A program made the translations under genes and the position numbers. The notes below the pieces were generated by a model. It worked only from the letters and a program-made list of their open reading frames with translations. It did not search any database and had not been told where the DNA came from. A stretch of 64,000 bases of DNA from Trichoplax adhaerens (taxonomy: Eukaryota; Animalia; Placozoa), in the NCBI RefSeq assembly GCF_000150275.1, contig NW_002060944.1, forward strand, positions 4,840,123-4,904,122. The letters are read 5' to 3'. Below, one piece after another: positions 27,030-42,400 of this stretch. Position 1 is the stretch's first letter; every line of letters starts with the position of its first letter.

Positions 27030-27662
27030 TGTTACAGTGTTAAATACTGTATTACAGTAGAAATAACTATGTTAGGATAATTCTGTTAGACTATCCTTAT
27101 TTAGTTAACTTCTAATTTGGATATACTGTATTTTAATATAGCACTGACTTTTTATGACAGTGACACTTATACACATACTGAAATTATAATAGTTATAATA
27201 GGGAATGCAAATCATCTGCTTACAGTTCGAATCATTGTGATTGTAATTTACTTATGGTAGACTGTAAATTATCATGGAAATGTTCCGTGATAGGACATAT
27301 CGTAATCTGACTATTCTGTATTAGTCATTATATGTCTATGTTCGTAAATACTGTTGTCTGCATTAAGGGAGCAGTAGCTAAAATTAATATCTAATTAAGT
27401 AAATGATTCTAATGTTAATTGTATTAACTATGACTTATGAACTATTGAAGAATAGTATATAAATGCAGTATATCGTGAAATAAAGAAGAATTGTCCAACT
27501 TAGTGTTTAACGTAAAATACAAGGCGTTTAAGTCTTTGTGTAGTCTGCTAGTAGAGCAAAAGTGTTTGTGATAGTGCAGATATCGTTCCTTGATACGTGG
27601 TTCAAGGAATTGACTTATTGATCGTATATTGCGTTATCTTGTTGCAAAGCTGTTTTGTGACA
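27030..27662 (+). mobile_element. Solo LTR (633 bp), TSD GCTGC
   Basis: TGTTACA...TGTGACA ends; GCTGC at 27025-27029 and 27663-27667; TATATAAA ~27456, AATAAA ~27479; 3' motif gcgttatcttgttgcaaagctgttttgtgaca. Confidence 0.88.
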
Positions 27663-28672
27663 GCTGCTTATTGATTGTCACGTTGACTTTTATTTCAGTA
27701 TAAATCTTATTAAGCTCGGCGCATCAAGTTCGCTTGGTATAATGTAAACTATTCTATTCGTCTATATATTTGCGTATATAATTTTTATTATATTCCAAAA
27801 GAATTTATCTTATTATCACCATTTTGATGCAACATTTAAGTGGTATGTAAGCTTTAATAACAAACTTACAGCTTTCAAAGAAATATCTAAATTTGCTGTA
27901 GAGATTGACAAATATTTCGCTTTCATATGGCCACGACATAATTCTATTCAGTCTGAAATACGACTAACGCTACTTAGTATTCTTTACTATGAGATATCGT
28001 GATTATAAATTTTTCATATGAAATTATAATACAATACAAAATTTTTATGCGTAAGACTAAGCTTGTTTACTTCAATGGGATTTCTTTTCTGATAGAAAAT
28101 TATTACAATATTTAGTAATTAGTTCCCCTAACCTCAATACCAATATTACGCGCTAATAGATCAAAATTAAATCAATCATTTTGGTACTTACTATAGTCTT
28201 AACAAAAGCTAACGATCTCAACAAGCTTCAATATAGGCACGATTTCTTGCAAATGATATCTTTACATATAGTTGCTTATTTTCCATTTCATCATACTTAA
28301 GTGATGCAAAATCTTACTATGACATCTAGTAATTCGTTTAGATAGTCTAAGCACCAATATCTTTTACTAGGAAGATTAAATCAAATCAATCACATTGCTA
28401 CTTACCATAGTCTTAGCTAATTATTTTAGCAAGCTCCAAAGGTAGCACGATAGTTTTCAGCTAGTATCTTTATATATATACAGTTTTCATATATTTTATT
28501 TCATCATACATACGCGATACCAAATCGTCATGGATATCAACATTATATAGTAAGATCTATTATATAATAATAGAATCGCTCAATCTTTAGATGTCTTCTG
28601 ATATTATAATGCAAGATGCTAGAAACACATTTAGCAGCACTCTGGATAAAGGTTCTATCTGATACTCTACCC

Positions 28673-29234
28673 TGTGATATATACCGATCACGAAATTCCA
28701 AATTTTAGAAAAATAAGGGCTTTATTGAATCTTATACAAAGATTTACTACTCACAGCTCTACTCTAGCCGAATACTACTACTAAAGACTTCTAGAACGAA
28801 CTAAACAGAATAATCTAAAGTTCCATGCTTTTATACTTTTCGTAGCATTCGCAGCTACAATCCGCATTGCAACCTTTTACCTTCTTTTACACATAGTTAA
28901 ATTATTCTTAGTAACACTATTCTACTGCGGACCATCATTAATCCGATATGGATACGACTACAGTATTTATGTAGACATAATTCACTCCAGTCAAAGTACA
29001 ATGAATTAACCATATCCTAATATAGATTTACGGTTCTATTTTTACCTATAACCTTATTAGTAACTCATCACCTTACTGTATATAGTCATCTGTACTCTAG
29101 CATAGAGTCTATACCACTACAGTCTATAGTTATGGCTACCAAATATCTCTTAGGATAAATATAGAACTTACGCTACCGTACATTGTACTAAACACTGCTA
29201 ACAGTCTACAATCACAATACTAAGTTACATTACA
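28673..29234 (-). mobile_element. Solo LTR (562 bp), TSD TACCC; copy 2 of a pair
   Basis: TGTGAT...ATTACA ends; TACCC at 28668-28672 and 29235-29239; colinear with 8272-8821. Confidence 0.92.
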
Positions 29235-32200
29235 TACCCATATACCAAAATTTTAATCAAATCAATCTTATCTTTCCTGGACTCATATTTACCATGATCT
29301 ATGATCAAGATTAAAACAAAAGAGCCGAAAAAATTCTAGAACACTAGTAACAAGACTGTATTCAAAGTATTATTTATATACAGTTGCTTACTTTCTATAT
29401 TACCTATCCTTTACAATATCACCACAAATTGCTAATACAATCTAATGTGACTGGTTGAATCATGCCAATATCACTCAACCTTTAAATTTCTTCTGATATT
29501 ATCATGCAAGATATGACAAATCCATACACCGATGATCATTTATGATTATAGTTCTATCTAGATTTAACTTTATCTTAACCAGAAGCATAAAATTACCATC
29601 TATCTAATAATACACTTTAATTATCTAGTGCGAGTAGATAATTGCTACTTGATTCCCAGAATCCATTTTTTCATTCTTATCGCTTTTAGCATATGATATT
29701 TTAAGTCCAAGCTAGAGATATTAACAAGCTGATTAACAGCATGATTGTTTTTAAATTTCACGTTATTATGAAGTTAATAATTGATAGACATTTTACTTGA
29801 TATGCCATATCATGACGTGTGCATTATAGCGTCCATGGCAGCTTTGTTATAGTCAATCATCAGTTTATTGTTATCACGATCTCGTGATGAAAAATAATTG
29901 ATATTATTGACAAAGCATCGTTATTGACAACCAAAATAATGATGGATTGTCGATGGAGTACAAATATAGTACTACATGTATTCATATTAGTATATATTGT
30001 AATATCATGACTGACGTAAATTCAGATTGGTTTTTCAATGCTGGAATTACTTTATTGGCAGTTGTATGGGCATTCTCGAATAGTATTTTCCTATTGCAAG
30101 TCAATGTGAATTTTTCCGTTATGGACAATCAGGAAAAGACCACACTACTTCAATTGCTTTCCAACTGAAATTGGGTTGTACTGGTTTGAAAATTGAAATT
30201 AACGCCTATCTTTCTATACTAACAACCGAACTGGACACATTTGGTCATTCTTTTATACAAGCAATTAATTCTTCTTTCAAATCAAACAGTTAAGTAGTTG
30301 CTAATATTACTAAACGCATGACTTATTTCATTTCTACGAAGTACTACGTCAATAACTACAGCAATTATTTTCAATTTTGGCTGCTATAATATAAATTATA
30401 TCTGTCTATCGTTATTTTGTTGATGTTCGACCATCGAGTTATCCTAGAGGCAGAGAAACAAATAGCTATAACTAACTATACTTAATCTTCCTATATTGTG
30501 CTACAGAGCTATTGATTCTATTATTTCAACTTGAATTGTTGTTGTCTATCCCTATAATGTGGAACAAAACAACATGATGGATTTAATATGTCGTCAATTA
30601 ATTAATCAGTTATTGAAAGCAAAGACGTTTTCTAATAGAATGTCTTCAAATTATATCAACAAGAAATCAATCTAGAATAAATTCCTCCAATCGAACCGAT
30701 CGGTATAATATGGCCCCATTTATATCGGCAACTATTCTATTCTTTATCGTTTCTCAACGTAACTAGAATAAAATCAAAATTCATAATAGTTGCGTAGCTA
30801 CTTATAGGGGCTTTAAATCAAACCAACAATTGAAATCGAAGCTCACGTACATCGCAACCTATTTTATTTATGTTCTCACACAGCGATTTCATTATCTGAC
30901 CACTAATTGCACCGATCGATGTATTCACATCCATTTAATACCAGTGTTCTTATATCCGTGTCCTATTTCAAGAATCATTCCTTGAATTAAAACTCAACAA
31001 ATTGATGCTTCATATATGTCATAAATTCTATCGGTCATCCTATTGCTATCACAATTTTGATTATCTTAATTTAAAAATAAGTCTTGATGTATCTCAATTA
31101 GTCGATAATATGATAATTTCATTTAGATAATTTAAATCATGTCCGTTGTTCCTAGATAGCAATATCAAATCAATTGAAAATATATCAATGAGCAATGGAC
31201 TCCAGTAAAGTAGTCTATACGGAAATCATCTTAGCACTAAATCAACGAATCGAACGAAATCTATCCACATACAAAGTCTGTGATAATTTTACTAACTTTC
31301 ATCGTTTCTTAATAATGCTTGTAGAAAACAAAACTGATCATAGTAGAATGCTTTAGTTCAAATTTTTGTAACTTAATATCCTGTATAATTCTCTTTAACA
31401 GAGTTACTCTGCATGGAATTATTACCAGTTATATGCAAACTCTATTCGTTTCAACTGTTATTGATAACGAATAACCACAAAAATCAAATTCACATTTAAG
31501 ATACAAGTATAGTTTGCTTTTCATAGCTGAAATGATTAAAATAGAAAATTATTCATTATTCTAGTCCATATCAGCTTAAATTAAGGCTTACCGGTAATTA
31601 CAGCGACGCAGTACGTATTCTATAACTTACACCCTTTTCCCAATAACTTAATGATCCTATCGCTGTGGCCTTTCGAGGCACCACATTATCAATTATCAAG
31701 TTATCATATTCAATGATTAGATTATTATTTTAGCTTTCAAATCATGCTACTATCTCATAGATCCAAGGGCAATCTCTTCTTCTGATATTTTGGTATATTA
31801 TTATTCGCTTTTCTATTGGCTTTATCAGGTGATAACTTATCGCCTCTTCATCTTACCTTCGACTTTGCAAAGTCTTAACCATATTCTTTCTAGAATTAAA
31901 ATAATTCAGATTTTTAAGTGATAGTCTATCTTACTAACTAATGGCATTGCTATTATTCCATCAATAACAATTTATTAATCCCTGGCACGCATCTTAGGCT
32001 TCATTTTTTTACTGTAAATTTAACCATTGGCATGAAAAATATGATATCTTTTTTTATCTATTAAACAATTGAAGAGTACATAAGCTTGCACTTTACATTC
32101 ACAGTTTTGCTTCTTATTGATTTAACAACGTTAATTTATAGCTATATTATAATGCGATATTTCAAAAATCAGCAGTTGTCATTTTATCATGATCAGGAAC

Positions 32201-33446
32201 CGTTATCAATTGCCGACAGGTTAATATTTTAATTCTTTATTTCTTAACAGTCATATCCAAACATTTCATACATCCTTTTCTCTCTCTTTATTCTGTAACT
32301 TTGACAAGTCTCGCCATAAGTCTTTAGATTACATGCTCTATTCTTAAGACTTTTATTGTTAATTGATGATTTTACGGTCTAAAATTACGAAACGATCGAA
32401 TCAAGATTTTCGTATTTTTTTAATAATTCTACGGTCTAAAATTACGGAACGATCAATCTTTTGATTTTTCAACCCTCTGTAATAGTGTGTTGGTTCTTAT
32501 TATGCTCGGGCTTTACTCTAGATTTGATCCTTCCATTTACTATCATTCATCAAAGTTTCGTAACTACAATCTTCGTTACCATTACCAATTCTTGAAACTA
32601 CATTAAGATTAAATTTTGTCATAATTTTACTCAGTATATAACTTGATTATCGAATAAAGTTATAACAATTCCTCTACGTGAGGTATGGTAGTTCCGAGAA
32701 TCAGCACATCTGGACTTTCCTAATATAAATTCCACAAAAATTTGTGAATCTTCCACCTATTTCTTCTTACAGGATAGATCTTGATCTCTACCAGATTTAT
32801 GCCTTCATAATTACTCCTCTATCAAGTAGCCTCATAGTTCAGCATATTTGATTTCAGCGAACCATACATCAAGAAAAATTTACAAACTATAAAGATACTT
32901 ATTGTACAATGTCGCTGACCATGCCATGATGATCTGATTAAGTTATAATAATTTGAATTGACGCTAGACCACTTTATAACTTATTCCAGTCACGCTTTGA
33001 GAATCTATATTATATCGTAAATTGACAGGCTTCCGTGACAATTTAAGTTAAAATTAATATAAAATCTTATGCCAGTTCTCAACATCAGGTTTACAAGAAT
33101 AACTGTAGGGATTGATATTTATAATCATCTTTTCATTCATTTCTTTAAGTATCGATTAATTATTATTATGATTAATCTATTTACAGTAGCATAAATCTCT
33201 AGAATAGCTATATATGCCATGATCAACATTAAAAACTAATGGATATGTTACTTTCCTAGAAAGTTTCTTATAATTGATGAAAAATTAATGAATTACCATC
33301 CTATAAAAACTTATGATTGTAATTAATGCATCATTAGTTCATCATAAATATTCTTTACCTTACGTAGTGCATTATTTCATACTTGTAGTTAATCAACCTC
33401 GAAAATCTGATAGATTCAGCCACTGATATAGGTAAGTGGTGTTAGG

Positions 33447-36400
33447 ATGCCGGAATTAAAGCCTAAAAATGACAAACCAACCGTTCACAATCTATCTCCC
33501 TTGCCTGTCTGTTCATTAGTAAGTTTCATGCTTCAATATCTTAATTCTACAAGAATTTAGAGCAGATTCTCTGCTACTAATCCTAAGTACTTCAATAATT
33601 ATCGATATAGTGCAAAAGTTCTGGAGTGACGCGCTTTAACTTCGACTGTGCGAAATGCATGGAGAGGTTAAAGAGGTAAGCATAGGACAATTATCGATTC
33701 TTACATGGGTAACTTTACGTAGATAGCGAATAGCTAACCATTCAGAAAATTCTGATAAAACTTTTCTGGGTTCTACTTCTAGCTCCAAGACAACAATATC
33801 TGAGCTATTTGCTATTTTACGTATATGGACTTCTTCGGTGCAGCAAAATATTTCAATTATCCTGAATCTTGTAAGTACATCTTATGGGATAAACTTCTGC
33901 AGCATTAATTAGACATATTAGCTATAATAAAGTAAATGCAACACCCTATTCTTGTCAGTAATTTTTATATACATTATTAAACAGCTATCATTTATACTCT
34001 AAAATATATCAGTAAAAAGATTTCAGGAAACTGCGTTCTTAAAGAGATGCATTCATAATCGTACATTATAATCTACAGATCTAAAACTAGGTTACTCGAA
34101 AGACCTGATCTAAGACCAATATTAATTCATATTTAGCACGAATGCAAATACAGTCTTAATGATTATGATAGCGTGTTATTATAGCTACATGTATATGTAA
34201 TTTCTTAACTAATTTACTATATAATTGAAAACATAAAGATTTTCCAACGTGGCGCAAATATTAACGATCGAGACGGACTAACTGATTTAACTTTATTACA
34301 TTACGCCTGTAAAGCCGGAGCAAGTATACTTAACATTAGATCTATACTTACAGCTACCTAGCTGCAGTACTTGATTGCCATTATTACAATTATTAAGCAA
34401 TCTGCATATCTAACCTATGAATGAAATATTCTATTTGAACTAGATCATATTGGGGACGAAAATATTGCGTCAAAGATCATAACTGATCTTATAACTAAGG
34501 TAAAATAAGAGTCTTTGTAAATGACTACCTCTAGATTGACTCCGTGATGGACAAGAGCAGTCTTATACGCTATGGCTAAACATGGCTATCACTCTTGTAC
34601 CCAAAATTTCAGGATAAACGTGCTAATCACCAAATATTTTATTTTATAATCATACCGATAATATCAATAGGGAGCAGATGTTACAGCTCGAAGCCGATGG
34701 ACCGATATGACACCGTTACATTATGCATCATTCTTTAATTGCTCAAACGTAATCAATGTATTAGCGAAGACGCTAACTTCTTCAGGTTAGCTTAATTATA
34801 TTCAATCTGGCCAATTACGGCATTACTACCTAATATTCTCGATATACATTACCCTGTAACTAATTTTACTCGCTCCGGCATGAAATATCCTGTTGCTAAA
34901 TGCAATTTTTACGTAACTTTGATGATTTATGTCTATTACTAATATTTCTATAGAAATAAATGCTAAATGCTCGAGCTTTGACGATGGTACCTCTCTTCAT
35001 ATTGCCGCTAACAATTTATGCAGGGGTGCAGTGATAGCCCTGGTAAAATATCTATCCTTTCATGGCTAAATTTCATTTACTGAATTTAATAACGAAATAT
35101 ATGCTCAAAAACAGATAAAATAATATATCTCATCCAATTATTCTAATAAATGTAGACATTGCCCTTACCCTTTTCTATCTTACGTTTATAACACAGTTAG
35201 GTCATGGTGCTAATCCTAACATAACCAATAATTTAAATCGTTCAGCATTGGAAGTTGTACCTGATGGTAAGAGAAAGCTCAGAATAACTTTTTATAAACT
35301 GAGCGGAAAATAACACTTGCTCTATTTATTTTTATGGATGCCAACTAGTGGTCGCATTAGGTTCACAGGCTGAAGCTGTCATTATCGCTAAAGACATTCA
35401 AGAAATGCTGCAATGTGGAAATGATATTGCGAAAATGGTAATAATAACAAGTGTTAAGGGATCTAGGATGATAAAGCCGTTAAAGCTACATCATAATAGA
35501 CGACCTTAGCTCATTTACTTACAGATTTATTAGATGATCTAACGGTATATTTCGATTTGTCTTGTTCTCGCTTAATATTAAGGCTAATTGATCTCTCTTT
35601 ATTTTTCTAACAAAATAGAAGACGATCCGGGATAGAATCCGATCACAAGAACGTGAGCAGCAAAAAATTAATAAAGTATTTTCTCCATTGACAACTCAGG
35701 TCAAGTTAATGATATGTAGATAAAAAAGTTATTGGAGCACTACTAGATACTTAATTGTTTTTCAAGTCATAAATAGGACTAAACCAAGATGCTATATAAA
35801 AATGAAACTATCGACTAATGACTATACCACTGAACGAGCAATATAAGACTTATATAATTCTAATCTTTAATATTCTGTAAACAGGTGTTGAAAACGGATA
35901 TGAATAAGGAAGTTAAGAAGAATGAATATCAAGAGAAGGTTGTAATACTTTTTATATTCATTAAGGCAGTCAACCTATTTATAAATCCATTTGAGTATTA
36001 AGCGTTAATTTGTTCCATAAAATTTTTCATAAAAGTTCTCATTATGCTACTGATCTGGACATTGAATAATAATTCCTCAGATTTTGCCCAACTCGAATAA
36101 TAGCCGAGATCAGACAGAAAAATTAAATGGAATTAATCACATTATATCGCCTAATCACGTTAAGGTAAGAATTCAATCGAATTTAAGAAAATTTAAGGCT
36201 AGAAAGCCACTGTGTTACTTGTAATAAACTATAATCGGTTATAATTGTGATAAATTCACTATTTACATTTGAAAAATCTGGTAAGTATGCTTGTTCTTAA
36301 CGTTGATAGTTGAATAAGTAAACTATCCTATTTTCTTTATTTACATTTCTATTTATTCATTTATTTTATATCTTTCGCTAATGTAGAAAAATGAGAACAA

Positions 36401-39400
36401 AAGTGATACAGCTAATTTACCATCCATAGCTAATAATGTTACAAAACTTTTCCACATTGATGTGAAAAGTATGATACTTTTAGATAGCTCTTCTATTACT
36501 GTCTACTTCGTATTATTGAAAACATAAATAATAAGACAGTATAGCTTCTAAATTGATATGGAAAGGTAGACAACAGAAACTAAATCTTAGAGAAGAAATG
36601 ATCATTTATGTTTTCATTTAAACTACACTTACGTATGTTTTTACTGAATTGAAATTCAATAAAAATTTTTAAACTATCACAAAAAGTAAAAATAATGTAG
36701 TACTACTCTGCATCTGCTTTATATTACATAATACAGTATTTCGATAGCATTCATCACCTAGAGACATTAAAAAAAGTAAATTGAGAAAAGATGTTAAGAA
36801 AAATGATTCATTAGAGCAGGACGAGGTTGATATAATACTTAACAATTCTAATCATACTAAAATTGAATATAGATGCTTAAAGATAGGAAATCATTAAATG
36901 GTATATTGTTGTGTTATACAGGTTACAATTATACAATTGCTTAGATAATTTATTATAAATTTATGATCATATATAGTACCTTTTAATATAATAAATATTT
37001 ATGACTATGTCTTAATTATAGTTATCCATGTATGCGATATTTTTATAATTTATGCACTGTCCAGAAATTTATATCTTATTATTGTTTAAATATAATACTC
37101 AATTTTGCTCTTTAGACAACCAAGGACGGTAAAAAAAGTAAATCTAGGGACAGCAACAAGAAAATTAATTCATTAGATGAAGATGAGGTAGGAATAAATT
37201 ACTCGCTTATTCTCACATTAATTTGATTTATTAGTGCTTGTATGCAAATAGAAAAGGACAAAAAATTTTTGAATTCTATTTCGTATTTAATTTAATTTCC
37301 TATCTTAGGTATCGCATAAGGATGGTAAAAAGAATAAGTCTAAAGATAGCGTTAAGAAAATCGATTTATTAGATCAAGATGAGGTCAATACCAAAATTAC
37401 ATATAAAAGCTTGAATTAAATATCGCTACAGAACATGTATTTGATAGCCTAATTAATTTCTTCTCTTCAGATATTCCCTAAAGATATTAAGAAAAATAAA
37501 TCTAAAGATATTACTAGGAAAATCGATTCATTAGATCAAGAGGGGGTTCGTGTAAAAGCTAACTTTCACGTCTAAATTGCTTTAGAAGTACCATAATAAA
37601 TTATTGGTACGGTAAACGATGAAAAGCATTGAAATAATTTAATATCTTTCTCAATAGGCTTCACCCAGAGAGAGTAAAAAAAACAAATCTAGAGACGGCA
37701 GTAAGAAAGGCGATTCATTAAATCAAGACGATGTAAGTAGATTTAGGTTGGCATTTTCACATTTAATTTAATTTCTAGTCATCTCAGTTGAGCTACATTG
37801 GTTATAAATAGTTTCACTTTCAGGTGAATGATAGAAAATACTTCCAAGAACTATTTCCTATTAATCATTTAATATTTAATTTCCATTCTTCAGGTATCGC
37901 CCAAGGGTAGCAGAACAAAGTCTAGAGATACTGTCGAAAAAATGGATTCATCAGAGCAAAATGGGGTATGCTGAGTTTATTCGCTTCATACACGTTTAAT
38001 CAATTGGATGCCGTAGCTGGAGTGTTCTAATCAATTTTGAACATGATGACAGAAATTGCCTCAATCTCCTTTTCATAATTTTGTAGATATCGTCCAAGTT
38101 GCCTCCTAACGGTAGTAATAAGAAAATTAGTGATACAGTTGACAGAATTTATTCTTTTCATAATCAAGATGAGGTACAAATGAATTATCTAATTTTTCCT
38201 CATGGTTTTTTCATACCTATTCTACTAATTATATACGTGCTAGCTTGTGATGAAAGATCTAGCCACAAAGTAACTGCTTTCATTATCAATCTATTGCTGC
38301 AGGAAACTCATAGGGATAGAACTACTGATTTTAGCAAAGGAATTAAGTCTTTAACTCAAAACGATGTAAGACGTTTAGATTTGCATTCCAAGACTAAATC
38401 ATAAGATAAAATTTTCATAGAGTAAGAAAAAAGAGATCTATAGTAATAAATTTCCTATCCATATCGATTAGATCAATGTAATGCAATCATTCAGAATCCT
38501 ATAGAATTCAATATTACGATTAATATGTTAATATCCATTACAGATATCGAGTGAAATACTCCAGAAAGAAAGCAAATCAATCAGAACGATCGAAAAAATG
38601 CACGAAATGAATTCACTTGATGATGACGTAAGAAAATGTCTATTCTCGATCACTTTATTACTTATTGATGCTTCAATAAAAGAATTAAAGTAGAGTAAAA
38701 TTTCAATACAACGAATGGGAACATTGAATCTATTTGATGATCTTTTCCTATAGATTTTAACTGATCTATCTCTTAGTGAAAGCAGTAAGAATAAATCTAA
38801 CGAAACCGTGAGTTGAATTCAAGCCTTAACCTAAGATCGTATTCAAACATATTTTACTCTCACTAAACTTGATTCAAATGGATTACATCTTGGACTTTGA
38901 TATTATACAAATGATTTTCGATGCTGATAATCCTTACTTGAAAGAATTACATGGTAGTTTTTACGTAAAAGATGCGCTATATGGTCGCAAACTTGGGCTC
39001 TAACGAGCTTAAATACTGAACTTTGATAGCTTAATAATGCTGTCATCTAGTTTTGGCATAAAGGAGCTCAAATCTTAGCTTGAAAATGCATAAACATACT
39101 TTAGCTACCATTATTCCTGGCTTTTGTGAGCTTAAATTCTAACCTTTGAGAGCTAAAAAATACTACCCAGAAACTTTGGTTCGAAGAAGTTCAAATCTTA
39201 ACTTTTGGAATGTAGAACTACTTTTAGTGGTGATCAAGCCTGATTTTAATGAGCTAAACTAAAAATAAATCAAATCTTAGACTTTGAAAGTGTAGAAAAA
39301 TGTTTAGCTGTCATTAAACCAGAATTCCAGGAGTTAAAACTCTAAGGCCGTAACATTATAAGAAACTTTTTCGGCATCGTTCAACTTGGCTTGGCGAAGC

Positions 39401-42400
39401 TTATTTATTAGACTTTAATACAGTAAAACTGCTTTTAGCTCGTCATTAAAACTTACATTAAGAGAGTTTAGGCTATAAATTTTGATACCATATCTTATTG
39501 CTTTACCATTGCCACACTTTGTCTAAAAATACTCAAATCTTAGGCTTCAATAGTTGAAAAATACTTTCCACTGTTCCCAAAATTGGCTTAAAGAACTTCG
39601 ATCTTTCGATTTTGCATAAACATTTTCTACCGTAAAATTTAGCTCGGAAGTATTTAAATCTTATATTTGAATGGTAGAAAAATACTCTTTACTATCACCA
39701 AATTGGCTTGAAGGACTTTAGTCATTCGATTTCGTATAAATATTTTACTGTCTTAAATCTAATTTAGACGCATCAATTCGTAGGCTTTAAGGACTTCAAT
39801 CTTTCGATATCGTGTAAATATTTTACGACAGCAAAATATAGCTCGAAAGTATTCAAATCTTTGGCTTCAATAGCTGAAAAATACAATTACCGTCGCCAAA
39901 ATTGGCTTGAAGAACTTCAATCTTTCGATATTTCATAAATTATTACTTTCGCAAAATCTAGCTCGAAAGTATTCAAACCTTAACCTTCAATATTAAAGAA
40001 ATACTCTTTTCTATCGCAAAATTTGCCTGAAAGAGCTTCAATCTTTCGATTTTTCTTAAGCATTTAACTGTTGTATAATCTAATCTGGAAGTACGCAAAC
40101 TTTAGACTGCAATGATAGATAGATGCACCACATATCTTGCTACCATTCAATTTGGCCTGAAAATGTTCAAATCTTAAATCTTGAGCGCAGAGAAATATAT
40201 CTTTATGCTTATAAAATTTGGCTTGTAAACCAGTTTTTTTAATTTATAATACCATACCGTAAATATTAATAGTAATGGAATATTCTTTTATATTAGTTTA
40301 ATATACTTCCTAACTATGATTTCATGACAGGTCCAGTCGTCATCTGAATATAAGGTTACTAAAAGAGAAAAATCAAAGCAGTCATTGAGGAGATTGAATT
40401 CACTAGATCAAAGTGATGTAAGAATACCCTAAATTGTAATGCTTAATCATACATAGCCTATTTATAATATACCTTTAATGGCATAAATATGAATTGCGTC
40501 ACCATGATAGAACTGAATTAGTCATAGATATGCGATTTTAATTTATATTTGTATAGAGAAAGAAGTCGGTTGTCGATAAAATTAGATCCATGTCATTCGT
40601 TAAGGTCAGGAAAGGAATTTATTTTCTACTAAAATTTAAATTTCTTGATATAACTAGCCCAATAGAGTCCTTACGGCTAAAACTACACAACCTTTATTCA
40701 ATTACTGAATACTGTGATTCGAAATTCAATAGAATTTTGATAGTAGCCAGGATGACTCTCCATCTGATTCGGGAATAGAACGTAAAGTTAAAGTAGGTCT
40801 TCTATTCTTAGCTATTAACTTCATTAATTTCTTAATTTAAGATATTATAAACAAAAATTGGAATAGTATTTATAGGCTGATTTCTTCATATCAGTTCTTA
40901 GTTTAGAAAATCGCTAAATAGGATATCAAAAGTCTATCTCTAAATAAATTCGATCAAATGCTGTCCCATTCCTTCGGTAGAATCTCTTAATTTATAATAA
41001 TGGCTAGATCTATTTCAATTTCTTTCCTCAAATAATTGAATCCAATCCAGTTTCAAGTAAATTCTTTAAAGCCACCCCAGTTTACAATAACCTGCAGATA
41101 AAGTATTTTAATAATGATACCTTGAATGATCGAATTTAATTAAACTGCAACTAATTTTATCACACAGCTCCTAGTTTAAAAATTGTTGATAGGAAATTTT
41201 AATGCTTATTACCTTCGATATTGCTCTTAAGTAACAAAATCTAAAATTTAATATTTATAATGTTGCTTCTCGAATGGTTGGATTTAATTAATCCTAAGCG
41301 AAATTTTTACTACTGCTTTTCTACTATCATATTGATAAGTAGAAAATATTAAATGTCGATTAATTAAATAACGAAATTACTTTAACATTACTTTGAACCA
41401 TTTCGTAGACTGTAATTACAAGTTAATATTATTAATTAATAACGACAGTACACCGAAATGTATGAGACATTTATGATGAAATGTTCGCCATATTATATCA
41501 AAAATGTGGCATGGCTTCAATATCACCTCGATAGATCGCTTAATATATGAATTTCTGATAACTTCAGATTTTATATTTCTAAACATTTAATAGAATACTG
41601 AATTTTTACTATCTTGAACCATGATAGAAACGTGAAAGTAGTAGAGCTCACGCCAGTAAAGAAGAAGATACGGAATCAAGTCATAATGTAATTCGGATAT
41701 ATAGGACATAAATTAATAGCATATTGCATGATATACGTATATCTGCATGAGTATACGACTAAGTAACTGCTATTAAAAGTTTTAAAACTATCAAAGTCTA
41801 GTAATATATATTAGATTCTGATGAGTTACTGTATGCTAGAGTTAGCTAGTGTACCCTTAAGAATATTAACTAGACACTTATCTTTCAGAAACGCGATAGT
41901 AACAAAACCCGTACTAGCAAAGAAGAAGACAGCATATCCAGTAATAAGGTTGATAAGATATGTACTGAGTAGTAAAGCAATTGCTATACTATATATTCAG
42001 TATGCACTGCTAGGCAATAAATTGAACAGTATTTATAAGCCGTCAAACTTAGTAAAATAAAACATCTATTATGCATACCTACTTCAGAAACATGAAAGTA
42101 GTAAACCTCATACTAGCGGAGGAGACGACAGTCTATCCAGCAATAAGGTGGAAAGGGTATCTTCTAAACAATTTATCAATTTCTATGCTATAAATTAAAT
42201 ATATAACGCTAGATAATAGGTTGAACAACATGTATAAGTCACCAATCTTAGTAACATAAGACATGTGTTAAACGCTCTCTACTGCAGAAACATGAAGGTA
42301 GCAAAACTCAAGTTAGTAAAGCAGAAGATAATACATCTAGTAGCAAGGTAATTATTTTTGTATGATAAATAGTAAATTACAGTATTATACATTGGATAAA

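Noticed and set aside
8272-29234. One 21-kb LTR retrotransposon bounded by the two similar LTRs
   Set aside because: Each copy has its own distinct TSD and there is no gag/pol between them.
34310-34330. GC-AG intron in CLIP4 (ggag/caagt)
   Set aside because: A standard GT donor (gca a|gtatac) gives the correct phase with the next exon.
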